A stretch of DNA of 64,000 nt from the human T2T-CHM13v2.0 reference genome, Homo sapiens. A model generated the notes under the pieces. The model did not search any database, was not told the origin of the DNA, and saw nothing but the letters and a program-made list of their open reading frames with translations. How positions within the stretch are numbered: position 1 is the first letter of the stretch; each line of letters begins with the position of its first letter. The DNA lies in NCBI GenBank assembly GCA_009914755.4, contig CP068257.2, forward strand, positions 2,432,001 through 2,496,000, in the 5' to 3' direction. The position numbers and the translations under genes are program-made. Of this stretch, positions 13,204-25,128 are shown piece by piece.

Positions 13204-13500
13204 CGGCCAGGTGAGGTGGCTTATGCCTGCAATCCCAGGACTTTAGGAGGCCAAGGTGGGCAGATCACCTGAGGTTAGGAATTCAGGACCAGCCTGGCCA
13301 ACATGGTGGAACCCCGTCTCTACTAAAAATACAAAATCTAGCGGGTTGTGATGATATGTACCTGTAGTCTCAGCTACTCAGGAGGCTGAGGCAGGAGAAT
13401 CGCTTGAAACAAAAAGGCGTAGGTTGCAGTGAGCTGAGATCACGTCATTGCATTCCAGCCTGGGTGACAAGAGAGAAACTCTGTCTAAAAAAAAAAAAAA
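13204..13500 (+). mobile_element. Alu SINE (sense)
   Basis: GGCCAGGTGAGGTGGCTTATGCCTGCAATCCCAGGACTTTAGGAGGCCAAGGTGGGCAGATCACCTGAGGTTAGGAATTCAGGACCAGCCTGGCCAACATGGTGG...poly-A. Confidence 0.92.
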
Positions 13501-15029
13501 AATTTTAGAGATAATGTGGGACATTTTACAATAACAAAATGGCCAATCCATCAGTAAGAAAGTACAAGTATAAACATATATGCACCCAATTAAACATCAC
13601 CAAAGTACATGAAACAAAAACTGACAGAAATGACAGCCAAAATAGATGATGACTGGAGACTTCAATATGGCACTTTGACTAATGGATAGAAAGACTACCC
13701 AGTAGAGCAAAAAGGAAAAAGAAGATTCAAACAACTTCATAGTTCAACTAGACCTGAAAAACACGTGCAAAACATTCCACACAAGAGAAGCTACATTCTT
13801 CTCAAGGGCTCATCAACATTGTCCATCATAGACTCTACACTAGGCCATTAAAGGAACTGAACAGCATGTACTCCAATCACAATAGAGTGAACCTAGAAAT
13901 TAATAACAAGAAAGTAGGGAAACTGAAATATGTTGAAATTAAACCACACACATCCAAATTACTAATCAAAGAAGAAATCCAAACAGAAATTTGAAAATAT
14001 ACTTAGAGGAATGAAAATGAAGTCACAACATACAAAACTTAATGAAAGACAATTAAAGACATGCTTGCAGGGAAATTTATTGCTGTAAATATAGATAATA
14101 AAAAAGAGAACTATTTCAAATCAATAACATAACTTTTGACATAAGGACACTGGAAAAAGAAGAGCAAATGGAAGCTGAAGTAAGCGGAAGGAAGGAAATA
14201 ATAAAGATCATAGCAGAAACCAATGAAACAGAGAATAGAAAAGCAACAGAGAAAAACAATGAAACTAAAAGCACATTCAAACAAGCTTAACACAATTGAC
14301 AAACCTTATTGTCATGAAAATGTATTTTGGGTATACTACCAAGAAGTAGTGAGTTGTGCGACACAGGAACTGGAGGACCAAGATAACTGCTGTTGCTAGG
14401 ATCATCCCCCTGCTTCCCCTCACCTAAAAATGTTGACCAGATTGTAGGAAACCCAAACAATTCCTTTAAGTAGAAAGTAAATAAATTAAGAGAGCAATTT
14501 AAATGGCTTTTTTTCTTTTTTCCCTTTTTATTTTCATGATGTAAAAGGTTAGACAGGAATGCACTGCAAATGTGGAGATCTGCGTCATCTTTCTGCTGCC
14601 CAAGGCTATCCCAGTAAGTTCCTCCTGAGTAAATCTTTGACTATCTACCAGCCTGGAATGGTCTATCTCTTTCTTTGGTCTGAGAGCTTCCTCTCCATTA
14701 TGTAGGACAGCTCAGTTCCGGCAGGGAGTTTTCCTAACATTTTTCTAGACTGACTAAGAAAAATAGAAGACTCAAGTAACTAAAATCAGAAATGAAAGAG
14801 GATATATTACTACCAGCATTGCAAAAAGAAAAGAACATTTAAGGAAAAATAATATGAACAATCGTATGCCAAAATATTAGATAATTTAGATACAATGGAA
14901 AAATTCCTAGACACAAACCAGTGACACTGATGCAATAAAAAATGCTCTCACTAGACATGATAAGCAAAGAGATTGAATTACTAATAAAAAAACACTCCAC
15001 ACCAAGAAAAGCCCTAGCCCTGGAAGTTC

Positions 15030-15130
15030 GGCTTACTTTAGCTTCCATTTGCTCTTCTTTTTCCAGTGTCCTTATGTCAAAAGTTATGTTATTGATTTGA
15101 AATAGTTCTCTTTTTTATTATCTATATTTA
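15030..15130 (-). repeat. Inverted internal duplication of L1 segment 14075-14190
   Basis: 15030-15130 (GGAAGTTCGGCTTACTTTAGCTTCCATTTGCTCTTCTTTTTCCAGTGTCCTTATGTCAAAAGTTATGTTATTGATTTGAAATAGTTCTCTTTTTTATTATCTATATTTACAGCAATAAAT) is the reverse complement of 14075-14190. Confidence 0.85.
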
Positions 15131-15377
15131 CAGCAATAAATGTCCCTGGTGAAATCACTGGTGAATTTTGTCCAATATTTGAAGAAGATTTAGGATCAAT
15201 TCTTTCCAAACTCTCCAAAAGATAAAAGTGGTAGAGATATGTCTCAACTCATTCTATGAGGCCAGTATTACCATGATAGCAAAGCCATACAAAGACATCA
15301 CGAGGAAAGAAAAATTCAGACCAATATATCTTATGAATACAGATCAAAACTCTTCAATAAAATACAAGCAAACAGAG

Positions 15378-15690
15378 AGGCTGGGAGTGGCGGCCCACGC
15401 CTGTTATCCCAGCACCTTGGGAGGCCGAGGTGGGGGGATCACGAGGTCAGGAGATCAAGACCATCCTGGCTAACATGGTGAAACCCCGTCTCTACTAAAA
15501 ATACAAAAAATTAGCCGGGCGTGGTGGTGGGCACCTGTAGTCCCAGCTACTTGGGAGGTTGAGGCAGGAGGGAGAATGGTGTGAACCCAGGAGGCAGAGC
15601 TTGCAGTGAGCTGAGATTGTGCCACTGCATCCCAGCCTGGGTGACAGAGTGAGACTCCATCTCAAAAAATAATAATAAAAATAAAAAATA
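15378..15690 (+). mobile_element. Alu SINE inserted into the L1 fragment, with target-site duplication ATACAAGCAAACAGA
   Basis: GGCTGGGAGTGGCGGCCCACGCCTGTTATCCCAGCACCTTGGGAGGCCGAGGTGGGGGGATCACGAGGTCAGGAGATCAAGACC... Flanks 15361-15375 and 15694-15708 both read ATACAAGCAAACAGA. Confidence 0.93.
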
Positions 15691-16125
15691 AATGCATAAT
15701 ATACAAGCAAACAGAATACAGCAACATGTAAAAATAATTCTACCTCATGACCAAGTTGGATTCATCCCAAGTATACAAGTTTGGATAGCAGCCAAAAATT
15801 ATTTAATGTAATACACCATACCAATACAATAAGCAAGACCACAGTCATCTCAATAGTTGCAGATACAAAATCCAACATCCTTTCATGATGAAATATTCAA
15901 CAGAGAAGGAAAGAAGGGAACATTTTTAAACTAATAAAGAGCATATTTAAAACCACAGCCAATAGCATACTTAATATTGGAAGCCTGTATACTTATATCC
16001 TGAGATCAGGAACAAGATAGATAAATCCACTCTCACTACATCCTTTCATCATTATGCTGGAGGTGCTAGCCAGGACAATTTGGCAACAGAAATAAATGCA
16101 AGCCATCTAGATTAGAAAAGAAGTA

Positions 16126-16543
<418 letters not shown>

Positions 16544-18189
16544 TCACTGTCTCCTTTGCCTCTAGGGGCTACAGCCCCAGGCCTCAGGAGACCTGTGACC
16601 CCAGGCGCCACCAGGAGGACTTCAGCCTAGAGAGCAGATCGGCTTTCGCGTGACCCGGTGCCCCTACCCAGCAGCGCAACAGAACCTAAAGAAAGGCTAC
16701 AGGATGATTCCAGAAACAGTGCGCTTCAAGAACTGTAGCAAAGTTTTAAGGCCCAAGGCAGGACCCGTCCCATAAGGATGGAAAAGGAGCCTGACCACCT
16801 CCCGAGGTGTGCCCAATAGTACAACCCAGAGAGGCTAAAGGCGGTGAGAAAGGCTCACCAATTCAGAAGAAACTCACACCTCAACTGACACAAGATGTGA
16901 GACTGGCTTGCTAAGTCGGTTAAGAAAAAGAAACTAGAGACGCCGAGAGTGGCTTGCCACCCCACTTAGGTACACAGGAACTAGGAGTAGAGACGTGTGT
17001 GAATGCAAAGGCCTAATTAAGCTCATCAGCCGCGAAGTAAGGAGTCACAGATCTCTTAGAGTGGACTGTGTGCTCCAAGCAAAGTGTAAGGCCGACTACG
17101 AACAGTAGCGATCTGCATACAGCTAATAAGAACTACCCTATAGCTCAGAGTTGTAGCAGGAATAAGGAACTCTCCAAAGCCAAGCAGCCTCTGAAAACTC
17201 CCATAATAGGAGACGGTGTGGAAGGTCAAAATGAGAGGAAAGAGTGTGCTGTGCCGTAAAAGAAAGAATAGGAAGAAAGTCATCAAACTTACCCCGTTAG
17301 AGTGCATGTTACAGAACTTTAAGAAAGGTTTTGCAGAGGATTAGGGAGTTAAGCTAATCCCACAGAGGTGGAAAACTCTCTGTAATTAGAATGGCCTTCT
17401 TTTAGTGTTAGATGGCCGACCGAAGGAACTACAGATAAGGAAATAATTGGCTGTGTATTTAAGGTGGTGACAAGAGTCAGAGGACAGCTGAGACATCCAG
17501 ATCAATTTCCTTATATCGATTCATGGTTAAATATAGCAGATAAGACCGGCCTGGATCCAGCCATGTGCAGCAGCTTATCGCGAAACATATGTAGCCTGAG
17601 CTCAGCCAAGAGTGAAAGTAAGAGCAGCTTCACTGGCAGACACAGAGTTAAAGAATTCCCAAAGAGAGCAAGAAAAGTCAGTTTTGCAGGAGCTGCCAGA
17701 AAGAACAGAGATTCTTCCTCCATATGTCCCAGCCCATCCGCCTTTACCAAGTCCAACAGCCCCACAGGAGCCAGACTCAAGAGCCAGCATGCCCCAAGTT
17801 TCACCACGAAGGGGAGGATCAGAGTGTTGAGAGGCCAGGGAATGAAGTCAAGATAGTCTAGCAGGCTGTCTCAGATCTGGCGGTGCTCAAGCTCTGCAAA
17901 TGCCTCTCTAGGAGACACGAGGACCCATTTATTATGATGACCAAGGCCAAGTCCAAAGAAGGCAATGGACTTTCATCAGTCAGCCCTTTTCAACCACTGA
18001 TCTTTTAAACTTGAAACACCATACTCCCTCCTACACAGAGAAGCCTCAAGGTCTTATAGATCTGTTGCAATCCATCTTTCTGACACACAATCCAACTGAC
18101 CAGACTGCCAGCAGCTCCTTCTCACGTTATTTAACACTGAGGAGTGCCTGGGAGTAACCTAGGCAGCTCTCCGCTGGCTAGAAACCCAG

Positions 18190-18430
18190 GCATCAGCAGA
18201 TGCAGTGCATGCTCAGGCATACACCCAAGGTCAGTTTCCAGATTCTGGCTAGAAGCCCAGGCATCAGCAGACGCAGTGCATGCTCAGGCATGATGCAGAC
18301 AGAGTGCATGCTCAGGCATACACTCAAGGTCAGTTTCCAGACGCTGCATAGAAGCCCAGGCATCAGCAGACACAGCGCATGCTCAGGCACACACTCAAGG
18401 TCGGTTCCCGACCAAGATCCTAACTAGGAC
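18190..18430. repeat. Tandem repeat inside the ERV gag region, ~64-90-bp units x3 (AGAAGCCCAGGCATCAGCAGACGCAGTGCATGCTCAGGCATACACTCAAGGTCAGTTTCCAGA...)
   Basis: Three diverged consecutive copies. They produce mirror-image ORFs 18193-18390(-) and 18200-18427(+), which are artefacts. Confidence 0.85.
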
Positions 18431-18713
18431 CCAGAGGATGCAACTCAGCTTCAGTGTTTGCAGAGGTACCAAGAGGCACTTCTGCAAAGACTGAGATGGT
18501 GGAAAGAAAGCCATTAATATAAAGAAGATTTCAGAAGTGCTTCAAGGAAGTGATGAAAGCCCTAGGCAGTTTTATGAAAGATTCTGTGAGGCATACTGGC
18601 TTTCACCCCGTTTGACCCTGAGGCCACTGAAAATCAGTGTATAATGAATATGTCATTTGTAGGACAGGCCCAAGGTGATATCAAATGAAATCTTCAGAAG
18701 TTAGAAAGTTTTG

Positions 18714-19013
18714 GCCGGGCGCGGTGGCTCACACCTGTAATCCCAGCACTTTGGGAGGCCAAGGTGGGTGGATCACGAGGTCAGCAGTTCAAGATCAGCA
18801 TGGCCATGATGGTGAAATCCCATCTCTACTAAAAATACAAAAAATTAGCTGGCAGTGGTGATAGGCACCTGTAATCCCAGCTACTTGGGAGGCAGAGGCA
18901 GAGAATTGCTTGAACCCAGGAGGCAGAGGTTGCAGTGAGCCAAGATCGTGCTACTGCACTCCAGCCTGGGAGAAAGAGTGAAACTCCGTCTGAAAAAAAA
19001 AAAAAAAAAAAAG
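18714..19013 (+). mobile_element. Alu SINE inserted into the ERV, TSD AGAAGTTAGAAAGTTTT
   Basis: GGCCGGGCGCGGTGGCTCACACCTGTAATCCCAGCACTTTGGGAGGCCAAGGTGGGTGGATCACGAGGTCAGCAGTTCAAGATC...poly-A. Flanks 18696-18712 and 19018-19034 read AGAAGTTAGAAAGTTTT. Confidence 0.93.
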
Positions 19014-19639
19014 AAGAAGAAGTTAGAAAGTTTTTCAGGTATGAATGACACCCAGATTGTAGAAGTAGCCACCAAAGTGTTGTTAACCGTGACCAGAAAT
19101 CAAAGAAAGGAGCAGACTGGAGGCTTAAGATCTGTTGGCAGCAGCCTTTATAGAAAAAGAGATTAGCAATGTAAGATGACGTGGACACAGGTGTGGACAT
19201 AGAATAAGTCAAGTTAGATAAGTATTTCAAAGTTGCCCAAGGCTAGAGAAGGATCAGTGTGCAAGATGCAAAAAGAAAGGACACTATAAAGATGAATGTC
19301 CAGAAGGCAATGAAAGAAATGGCCAAGGCCGCAAGACAAAGAGGCCATTGGCCAAAGGCTGCCGCACCTTGGAGGAACCAGATACTGATCTGATCAGGCT
19401 AGCAGGAGCTGAAAGATGTGAGGACTAAAACAGACCACGCTTCTTCTTATTAGGCCTCCAAAAGCCCATCGTCACATTAGAAGTTTAAAGCAGCAAGATT
19501 CTGCTGTATCTAGATTATAAATTTCTCACTGATGGCTAAGCCATTATATGAAGGTACAAAAGAAAAAGAGACAGAGAGAGAGAGAGAAAAAAAAAAAACC
19601 TCTCCTCTAAAAAACGGAACAGGAGAAGGAGCCATGCCT

Positions 19640-20160
19640 TCGTGCCTTGTGAAAACTTGCTTATAGACTTTACCAAAATGCCCCGTGCCAGAGGCTATCC
19701 GTTTATGCTAGTGTTTATTTGCACTTTTTCAGGATAGGTTGAGGCATTCCCCACCAAGACAGAAAAGCACGAGAAATGACTAAAGTACTACTAAAAGACA
19801 TTATCCCTAGGTTTTGACAGCCTGTAACTTTAAAGTCAGACAATAGGCCAGCATTTGTAGCTGAAAGAGTGCAAGATTTAACAAGAATGTTAAAAATAAA
19901 ATAGAAGTTATACACAGCCTGTCGGCTGCAAAGTTCAAGAAAAGTAGAACGCATGAACCAGACACTCAAGCAGTTACTGAAGAAACATTGCCCAGAGACT
20001 TATCATGAGAGGTCAAAGGAAGGTCCCCTCTTAAACCAAACCAGGGTCCCTCCCTTTAACCAAGGGCCTATTTATCTGTATTTTGATGCTTGTCAGGCAG
20101 CAGTCCAAGACTCCCCTGTCTGTGGTAACCTACCTTTAGAAAGATACTATAGAAAATGAC
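19640..20160 (+). pseudogene. ERV integrase catalytic-core fragment (gammaretrovirus-like); the protease/RT/RNase H portion is absent between NC and IN
   Basis: Translation LIDFTKMPRARGYPFMLVFICTFSG*VEAFPTKTEKHE... and ORF 19953-20159 MNQTLKQLLKKHCPETY... are comparable to MLV IN (...IDFTE...YLLVFIDTFSGWIEAFPTK...VERMNRTIKETLTKLT). Only ~350 bp separates the CCHC knuckle from the IN core. Confidence 0.7.
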
Positions 20161-20199
20161 TACAAATATGTATGCATGCCAAGAGTAACTCTATCTTCT

Positions 20200-21800
20200 T
20201 CCCCTAGGACCCCAGAAAAAGATTTTTGGCCTTGCATGTCGTAGCACCCTAGCACACAACAAAGGTCAATTATGCTTTTACCAAAATGCTGTTGAAACCA
20301 GATTGTGAAGCAAAAACCTGTAATCCTGTAAATTTCACCCTTCTAAAGCCAGACTTACCCATGTAGACTGCATGTTACCCCATTCATTTGTATATGCATA
20401 CATACCCAGCAATCCTCCTATATGTTATCAAACAAAGAACCCAGACCCATCCAGCCCAGCAACAGTTCCAAATCTTTAAGTCATTCTATAAGCATGTAGA
20501 CCAGAAGTTACCAGAGCCTACTCCTTTAGCCAAAAACCTGTTTGCTCAGCTGGCTGAACACACTGCCGGCAGCATGGGCGTTTCATGTTATGTTTCTAGA
20601 AAGACTAACGTAGTAGACCAATGGCCTTAGGAAGCAAAACAGTTAATGCCACAAAATAATTTGACTCTAATAGACTCTTCCTCCGAACCGATGCCCACAA
20701 GTCCAAGCGTCTGACTCTTAAAAACTTCTATTATCAGGAGATACTGTGTTGCTCCCTGAAGAAACGCTTTTACAGACGCAGTAGGAGAACTAACCTTCTT
20801 AGGACAGCAATATTATAATGAAACACTAAAGAAAACTTTGTGGCGAGGCAGAGATGACTCCAAAGCACCTCAACCAAATCCGTTCTCCTGTTTCTCTCCT
20901 CTAAACCACACCTAGTATCAGCTTGAAGCTCGAAATACTTGGCAAGCGCCCCTTGGTCTTTATTGGCATCTGTAAGCCACAGGCATATCGACAGTTGCCA
21001 GCTAAATGGACAAAGTCCTGTGTGTTTGAAACAATTAGACCATCTTTCCTCCTACTCCCACTGCAACAGGGAGAAACTTTAAGGTATCCCGTCTATGATG
21101 AAGTTAGAAGAAGAAGCAAAAGAGATGCAGACATAAAAAGAGATACAGAAATAGGAAATTAGAAAGACACAGATTACCCCCCTAAAAGAATAATTCAATA
21201 CTATAGGCCAGCTACCTAGGCACAAGATAGGTCATGAGGGTACCGCACTCCTATTTACATGCTTAGCCATATCATAAGGTTGAAGGCAGTACTTGAAATG
21301 ATCACTAATGAAACAGCAAAAGCATTAGATTTACTGGCCCAGCAAGCCACAAAAATGAAGAATGTTATTTATCACAACAGATTAGCTTTATACTATTAGC
21401 TAGGAAGCCCAGGAAGGAGGAGAATGTGGAAGGTTCAATCTAACTAATTTCTGCCTGGAAATCGATGACAATGGAACGGCAATTATAGAAATAACTGCAA
21501 GAATGAGAAAATTACCCCATGTTCCAGTTCGAACTTGGAAAAGTTAGTCTCCAGATTCCCTCTTTGGAGGCTGGTTTTCCTCCTTCAGTGGATTCAAGAC
21601 TTCAATAAGAATAGTCCTGGCCATACTAAGAGTTTGCCCAGTACTCCCTTCCCTCTTACCCCTCCTTGTTAGAAGCATTCAATCAACTATAGAGGCAAAA
21701 GCAGCTAAGCAAACTACCACTCAGCTAATGGATCTATATAAATATCAGCCTGTGCCTAAAGAAGAAAACTTGTCTCTTCAGGCAGAATTAAGTAATAGTG
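20200..21800 (+). pseudogene. ERV env remnant (SU/TM) with furin cleavage site RRRSKR (21106-21123) followed by a TM-like region
   Basis: ORF 20923-21162 ...[18 protein letters not shown]. Downstream translation contains ...[29 protein letters not shown]..., reminiscent of the TM immunosuppressive/heptad region. Confidence 0.55.
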
Positions 21801-21849
21801 ATGCCTTCTATTAAACTTCTTTTATAAAAGACATCAAAAGGAGGAAACT

Positions 21850-22410
21850 GAGGCAGAAATTTAAAAATAAATAAGCATTCATTCACTCCAAGAAAAGTAA
21901 CAGGCAAGGCAAAGGTTAAAAAGAAAAGAACAAGTTTTCCTCTGCCTAGTAAGCTCACTTCAAAGACAGTTATAACACTGTTTGAGAAGCCAAGGCCAAA
22001 GGAATAGGCTCCAGACAACTCCCACTTCCAGAGCAAAGTGAAAAGAAAAAAAACAAGAAAGAAAGACAAATTCCTTTACTGTTACTCCTTTCCCTGGCTT
22101 CTTAAGCATGATGATGTTTTACAAATTTCTGTATTTAGCCAGTTCTTATTTTTCTTTTGATGCAGCTACAAGGCCACTAGCCATGCAAGGCCACAAGTTA
22201 TGCCAAGTCAACAGTTATGCTATAGATTACGTGACCTGTCACTGTAGGATTAACTGCTTTTGTTTTGCTTCTGTAAGTTTGCTTAGAAAAGCCCTGCTCA
22301 GTCTTTGTTCAGTGCTCATATTTTTAGATATGAATCCACGAATCCAGTGAGTACCCTAAAATAAACAATCATCCTGTTCTCCATATCGGTCTCTCTAGTC
22401 CTCTATTTCA
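21850..22410 (+). repeat. 3' LTR of the ERV (5' boundary uncertain)
   Basis: End is homologous to 16433-16500. AATAAA at ~22362. Followed directly by a 5'-truncated Alu. Confidence 0.5.
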
Positions 22411-22454
22411 TATTGGTCTCTCTATTCTCTTTAGTCCTCTAGTCCAGCATTTTT

Positions 22455-22762
<308 letters not shown>

Positions 22763-22849
22763 AAGATTACTTGCTAATATAATTGACTAGTTGGCCGGCA
22801 TTCGAATTTTCCCAATATTTGCACAGTGTGCCTAGTTGTCAAGCCAGGA

Positions 22850-23480
22850 TTTAATAACCAGATTCCACGTCTGCCAGGCGGACAGACACCAATCCCTATC
22901 CATCCTCGGCTCCCGCTTGGAACAGAATTTCCCGCCTCAATACTGCAATGTCTAGTGGGAAATGCAGTCTCGGCTTCCAATGACGTCACCAGCACAGGAC
23001 GGTGGGAAGGGCTCTTTGCTCAAACGCCGCCCCGCCCACTCCCGCCATCTTCCGTCAGAGAATCCCGGCTCCTGCTGCAATAAGAGGCTGTTCTGGAAGC
23101 TCTGGGGTTCGGGTCTTTGTCCCTGCAGGTTGGTGGTGGGATGAAACAGGAGACAGCGGGCTTGGAGGCACCACTGGGAGGCGGGACCGACGTGCCACAG
23201 TTGGTGGGAGCAGAGGCGTGGGCACATATTGAGGGGGCGGGGCCTGACGCACAGGTGCGGGCCGCGGACCCCGGCTGGGGCTGAAAGGGCGGCGCTGCTG
23301 GGAGGGCGGGCGTGGAATCCCCGCACTGAAGCCAGTTCCAGAGGCGCCAAAGCGGCTGGGCGAAGCCGGTGGCGCGGGAAAGGGGTCTGCAGACCGCCCG
23401 AGCCTGGGAGGTCTGCGGGGAGGCTGCGCTCCGGCACTGCATGGACCTTGTGCAGCATTCCGTGCACGCCATTGTAAGAT
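22850..23480. promoter_or_regulatory. CpG island with promoter-like motifs: CRE/ATF palindrome TGACGTCA (22980-22987), Sp1 GC-boxes (GGGGCGGGGCC ~23234; CCGCCCCGCCC ~23027), YY1-like CGCCATCTTCC (~23043)
   Basis: Abrupt switch to GC-rich, CpG-dense sequence after AT-rich retroelement DNA. Motifs read directly. Confidence 0.6.
23441..23475 (+). other. Candidate first coding exon end: ATGGACCTTGTGCAGCATTCCGTGCACGCCATT (M-D-L-V-Q-H-S-V-H-A-I) followed by consensus 5' splice donor GTAAGA
   Basis: In-frame ATG 3' of the CpG island and immediately followed by GTAAGATCAG. Sequence beyond is intron-like. The gene is not recognised. Confidence 0.3.
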
Positions 23481-24169
23481 CAGCATATGGACAGTTCTAG
23501 GGAGATGCCCCTCATTCCCAGAAGAGGACTACGAAATGCGTGCACACCGTCCTACTGCCTGGCGAGTGTATTAGTAGGGTTTCCCGGTGTCTTTCAGCAA
23601 GTGAAGATTCTCCTTGTGTCCCATTCCTACGCATCCCATCCATGTTTTAGTTTATAGGAGTTTATAAAAGATCTGGTTTCTAGGGAAGTTGGGGATCCAG
23701 ATGATGGTCCTGTTTTCTGTGTAATAAGGTAAGTACAAAGTTTGGAAGAGGGCGCCTTTTAGGAATCCCACCTGAAAGAACCCCTCTTTGGACAAACCTT
23801 CTCACTGGTACTTCAAAGCAGAGGAAGCGTCACAGGTGAAGATTCCAGTTTGTATGACCCAAGCAGTTATTTTCCCACTCCCCAGAGTGGCCAAGATTTG
23901 GTTGATAAGACCTTATCCAGTAGCTCTCAAACACTGGGTGGTAGCGGAAGGTTTGGACCAACATTCAGAAGGAAGAGGGGAGTTTGGCTGCGAATGCAGG
24001 CAAGGGCCAAAGAGATGTGACTTATTGGAGGGGACTTAATAGTGTGGTCTTCGGTGGAAAAATAACCTGTTACTCCTGAGAGGATCTGTCTGGAGTACTC
24101 TGTAAAGACACTTTCATTCCTTCAATCTTTTCTCATTGTTTCTAGTGGCTGAACTTTCTTAAAAGTAGT

Positions 24170-24450
<281 letters not shown>

Positions 24451-24837
24451 TGTCACCAAATGTAGCATCCAGTCACGAAATTTAGCATCTAGTGATATGC
24501 CAAAGCTCCCTCTATCCTGGTAGCTCTTCCTGGTAGTTCAGTAAGCGTTTGCCAAACTATTTCTATCTTATGAGAAAGATGAAAAAAATTTGGCTTTGAG
24601 GAGCTGGGACTTGCCAGGGTCACATGATATACAGATGTTATGCATCCTGACTTTTTGGCTAGTGTTACTCATTTTGCCCCAGTTAAGTCAAAACTTTTTT
24701 TTCCTTTTTTTTTTTTTTAGATTTTTGTTGACACTGAAGTCAACTAAGAACAAACATTGCTTTAAAATACTTTCTCAGCCGCTCCCTGCCTGACCAAACC
24801 CTCCCACTGGAAAAAATAATAATAAAGTACTTTCCCT

Positions 24838-25128
24838 TGCCGGGTGCAGTGTCTCACAGCCATAATCATAGCATTTTGGGAGGCCAAGACAGGAGGATCG
24901 CTTGCACCCAGGAGTTTGAGACTAGTCTTGGCCACATAGGGAGACCCTATGTGTTTACAAAAAAAAAAAAAAAAAATTTAGCTGGTCGTGGTGGCATGCA
25001 CCTGTGGCTCTAACTACTTGGGGGGCTGAGGTGGGAAGATCACTTGAGCCCAGGAGGGCGAAGTTACAGTGAGCTATGGTTGTGCCACTGCACTCCAGCT
25101 TGGGTGACAGAATGAGACTCTGTCTCAA
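24838..25128 (+). mobile_element. Alu SINE (sense, older/diverged)
   Basis: GCCGGGTGCAGTGTCTCACAGCCATAATCATAGCATTTTGGGAGGCCAAGACAGGAGGATCGCTTGCACCCAGGAGTTTGAGACTAG...TTACAAAAAAAAAAAAAAAAAATTTAGCTGGTCGTGGTGGC... Confidence 0.9.

Larger units (their letters stand above)
13500..16125 (+). mobile_element. Old LINE-1 fragment (ORF2 endonuclease/RT-encoding region, L1M/L1PB-like), sense, disrupted by an unrelated segment (~14330-14770) and an Alu (15378-15690)
   Basis: Nucleotide similarity to remembered L1 ORF2: ...GAGAAGCTACATTCTTCTCAAGGGCTCATCAAC...GGGAAATTTATTGCTGTAAATATAGATAATAAAAAAGAGAA...TCAACTCATTCTATGAGGCCAGTATTACCATGATAGCAAAGCCATACAAAGACATCACGAGGAAAGAAAAATTCAGACCAATATATCTTATGAATACAGATCAAAA... 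The last stretch encodes ...SFYEASITMIAKPYKDITRKEKFRPI.LMN.D, a homologue of L1 ORF2p ...[32 protein letters not shown]. Confidence 0.85.
16700..19320 (+). pseudogene. ERV gag remnant (frameshifted), includes PPPY-type late domain and nucleocapsid CCHC knuckle
   Basis: ORF 17612-17830 encodes ...EILPPYVPAHPPLPSPTAPQEP (PPxY plus proline-rich, p12-like). 19258-19299 encodes CARCKKKGHYKDEC (C-X2-C-X4-H-X4-C). Confidence 0.65.

Noticed and set aside
17464-17856. 130-aa ORF that could be called a cellular gene
   Set aside because: It lies inside the ERV gag remnant, and the overlapping frame carries the PPYVP late-domain motif. It is flanked by retroviral NC, IN and env remnants and LTR homology.
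22952-23486. Stack of overlapping 140-170-aa ORFs on the minus strand (and 60-80 aa on the plus strand) in the GC-rich segment
   Set aside because: This is typical stop-codon depletion in a CpG island. The translations are low-complexity and Pro/Arg/Ala/Gly-rich, mutually overlapping in several frames, with no recognisable domains.
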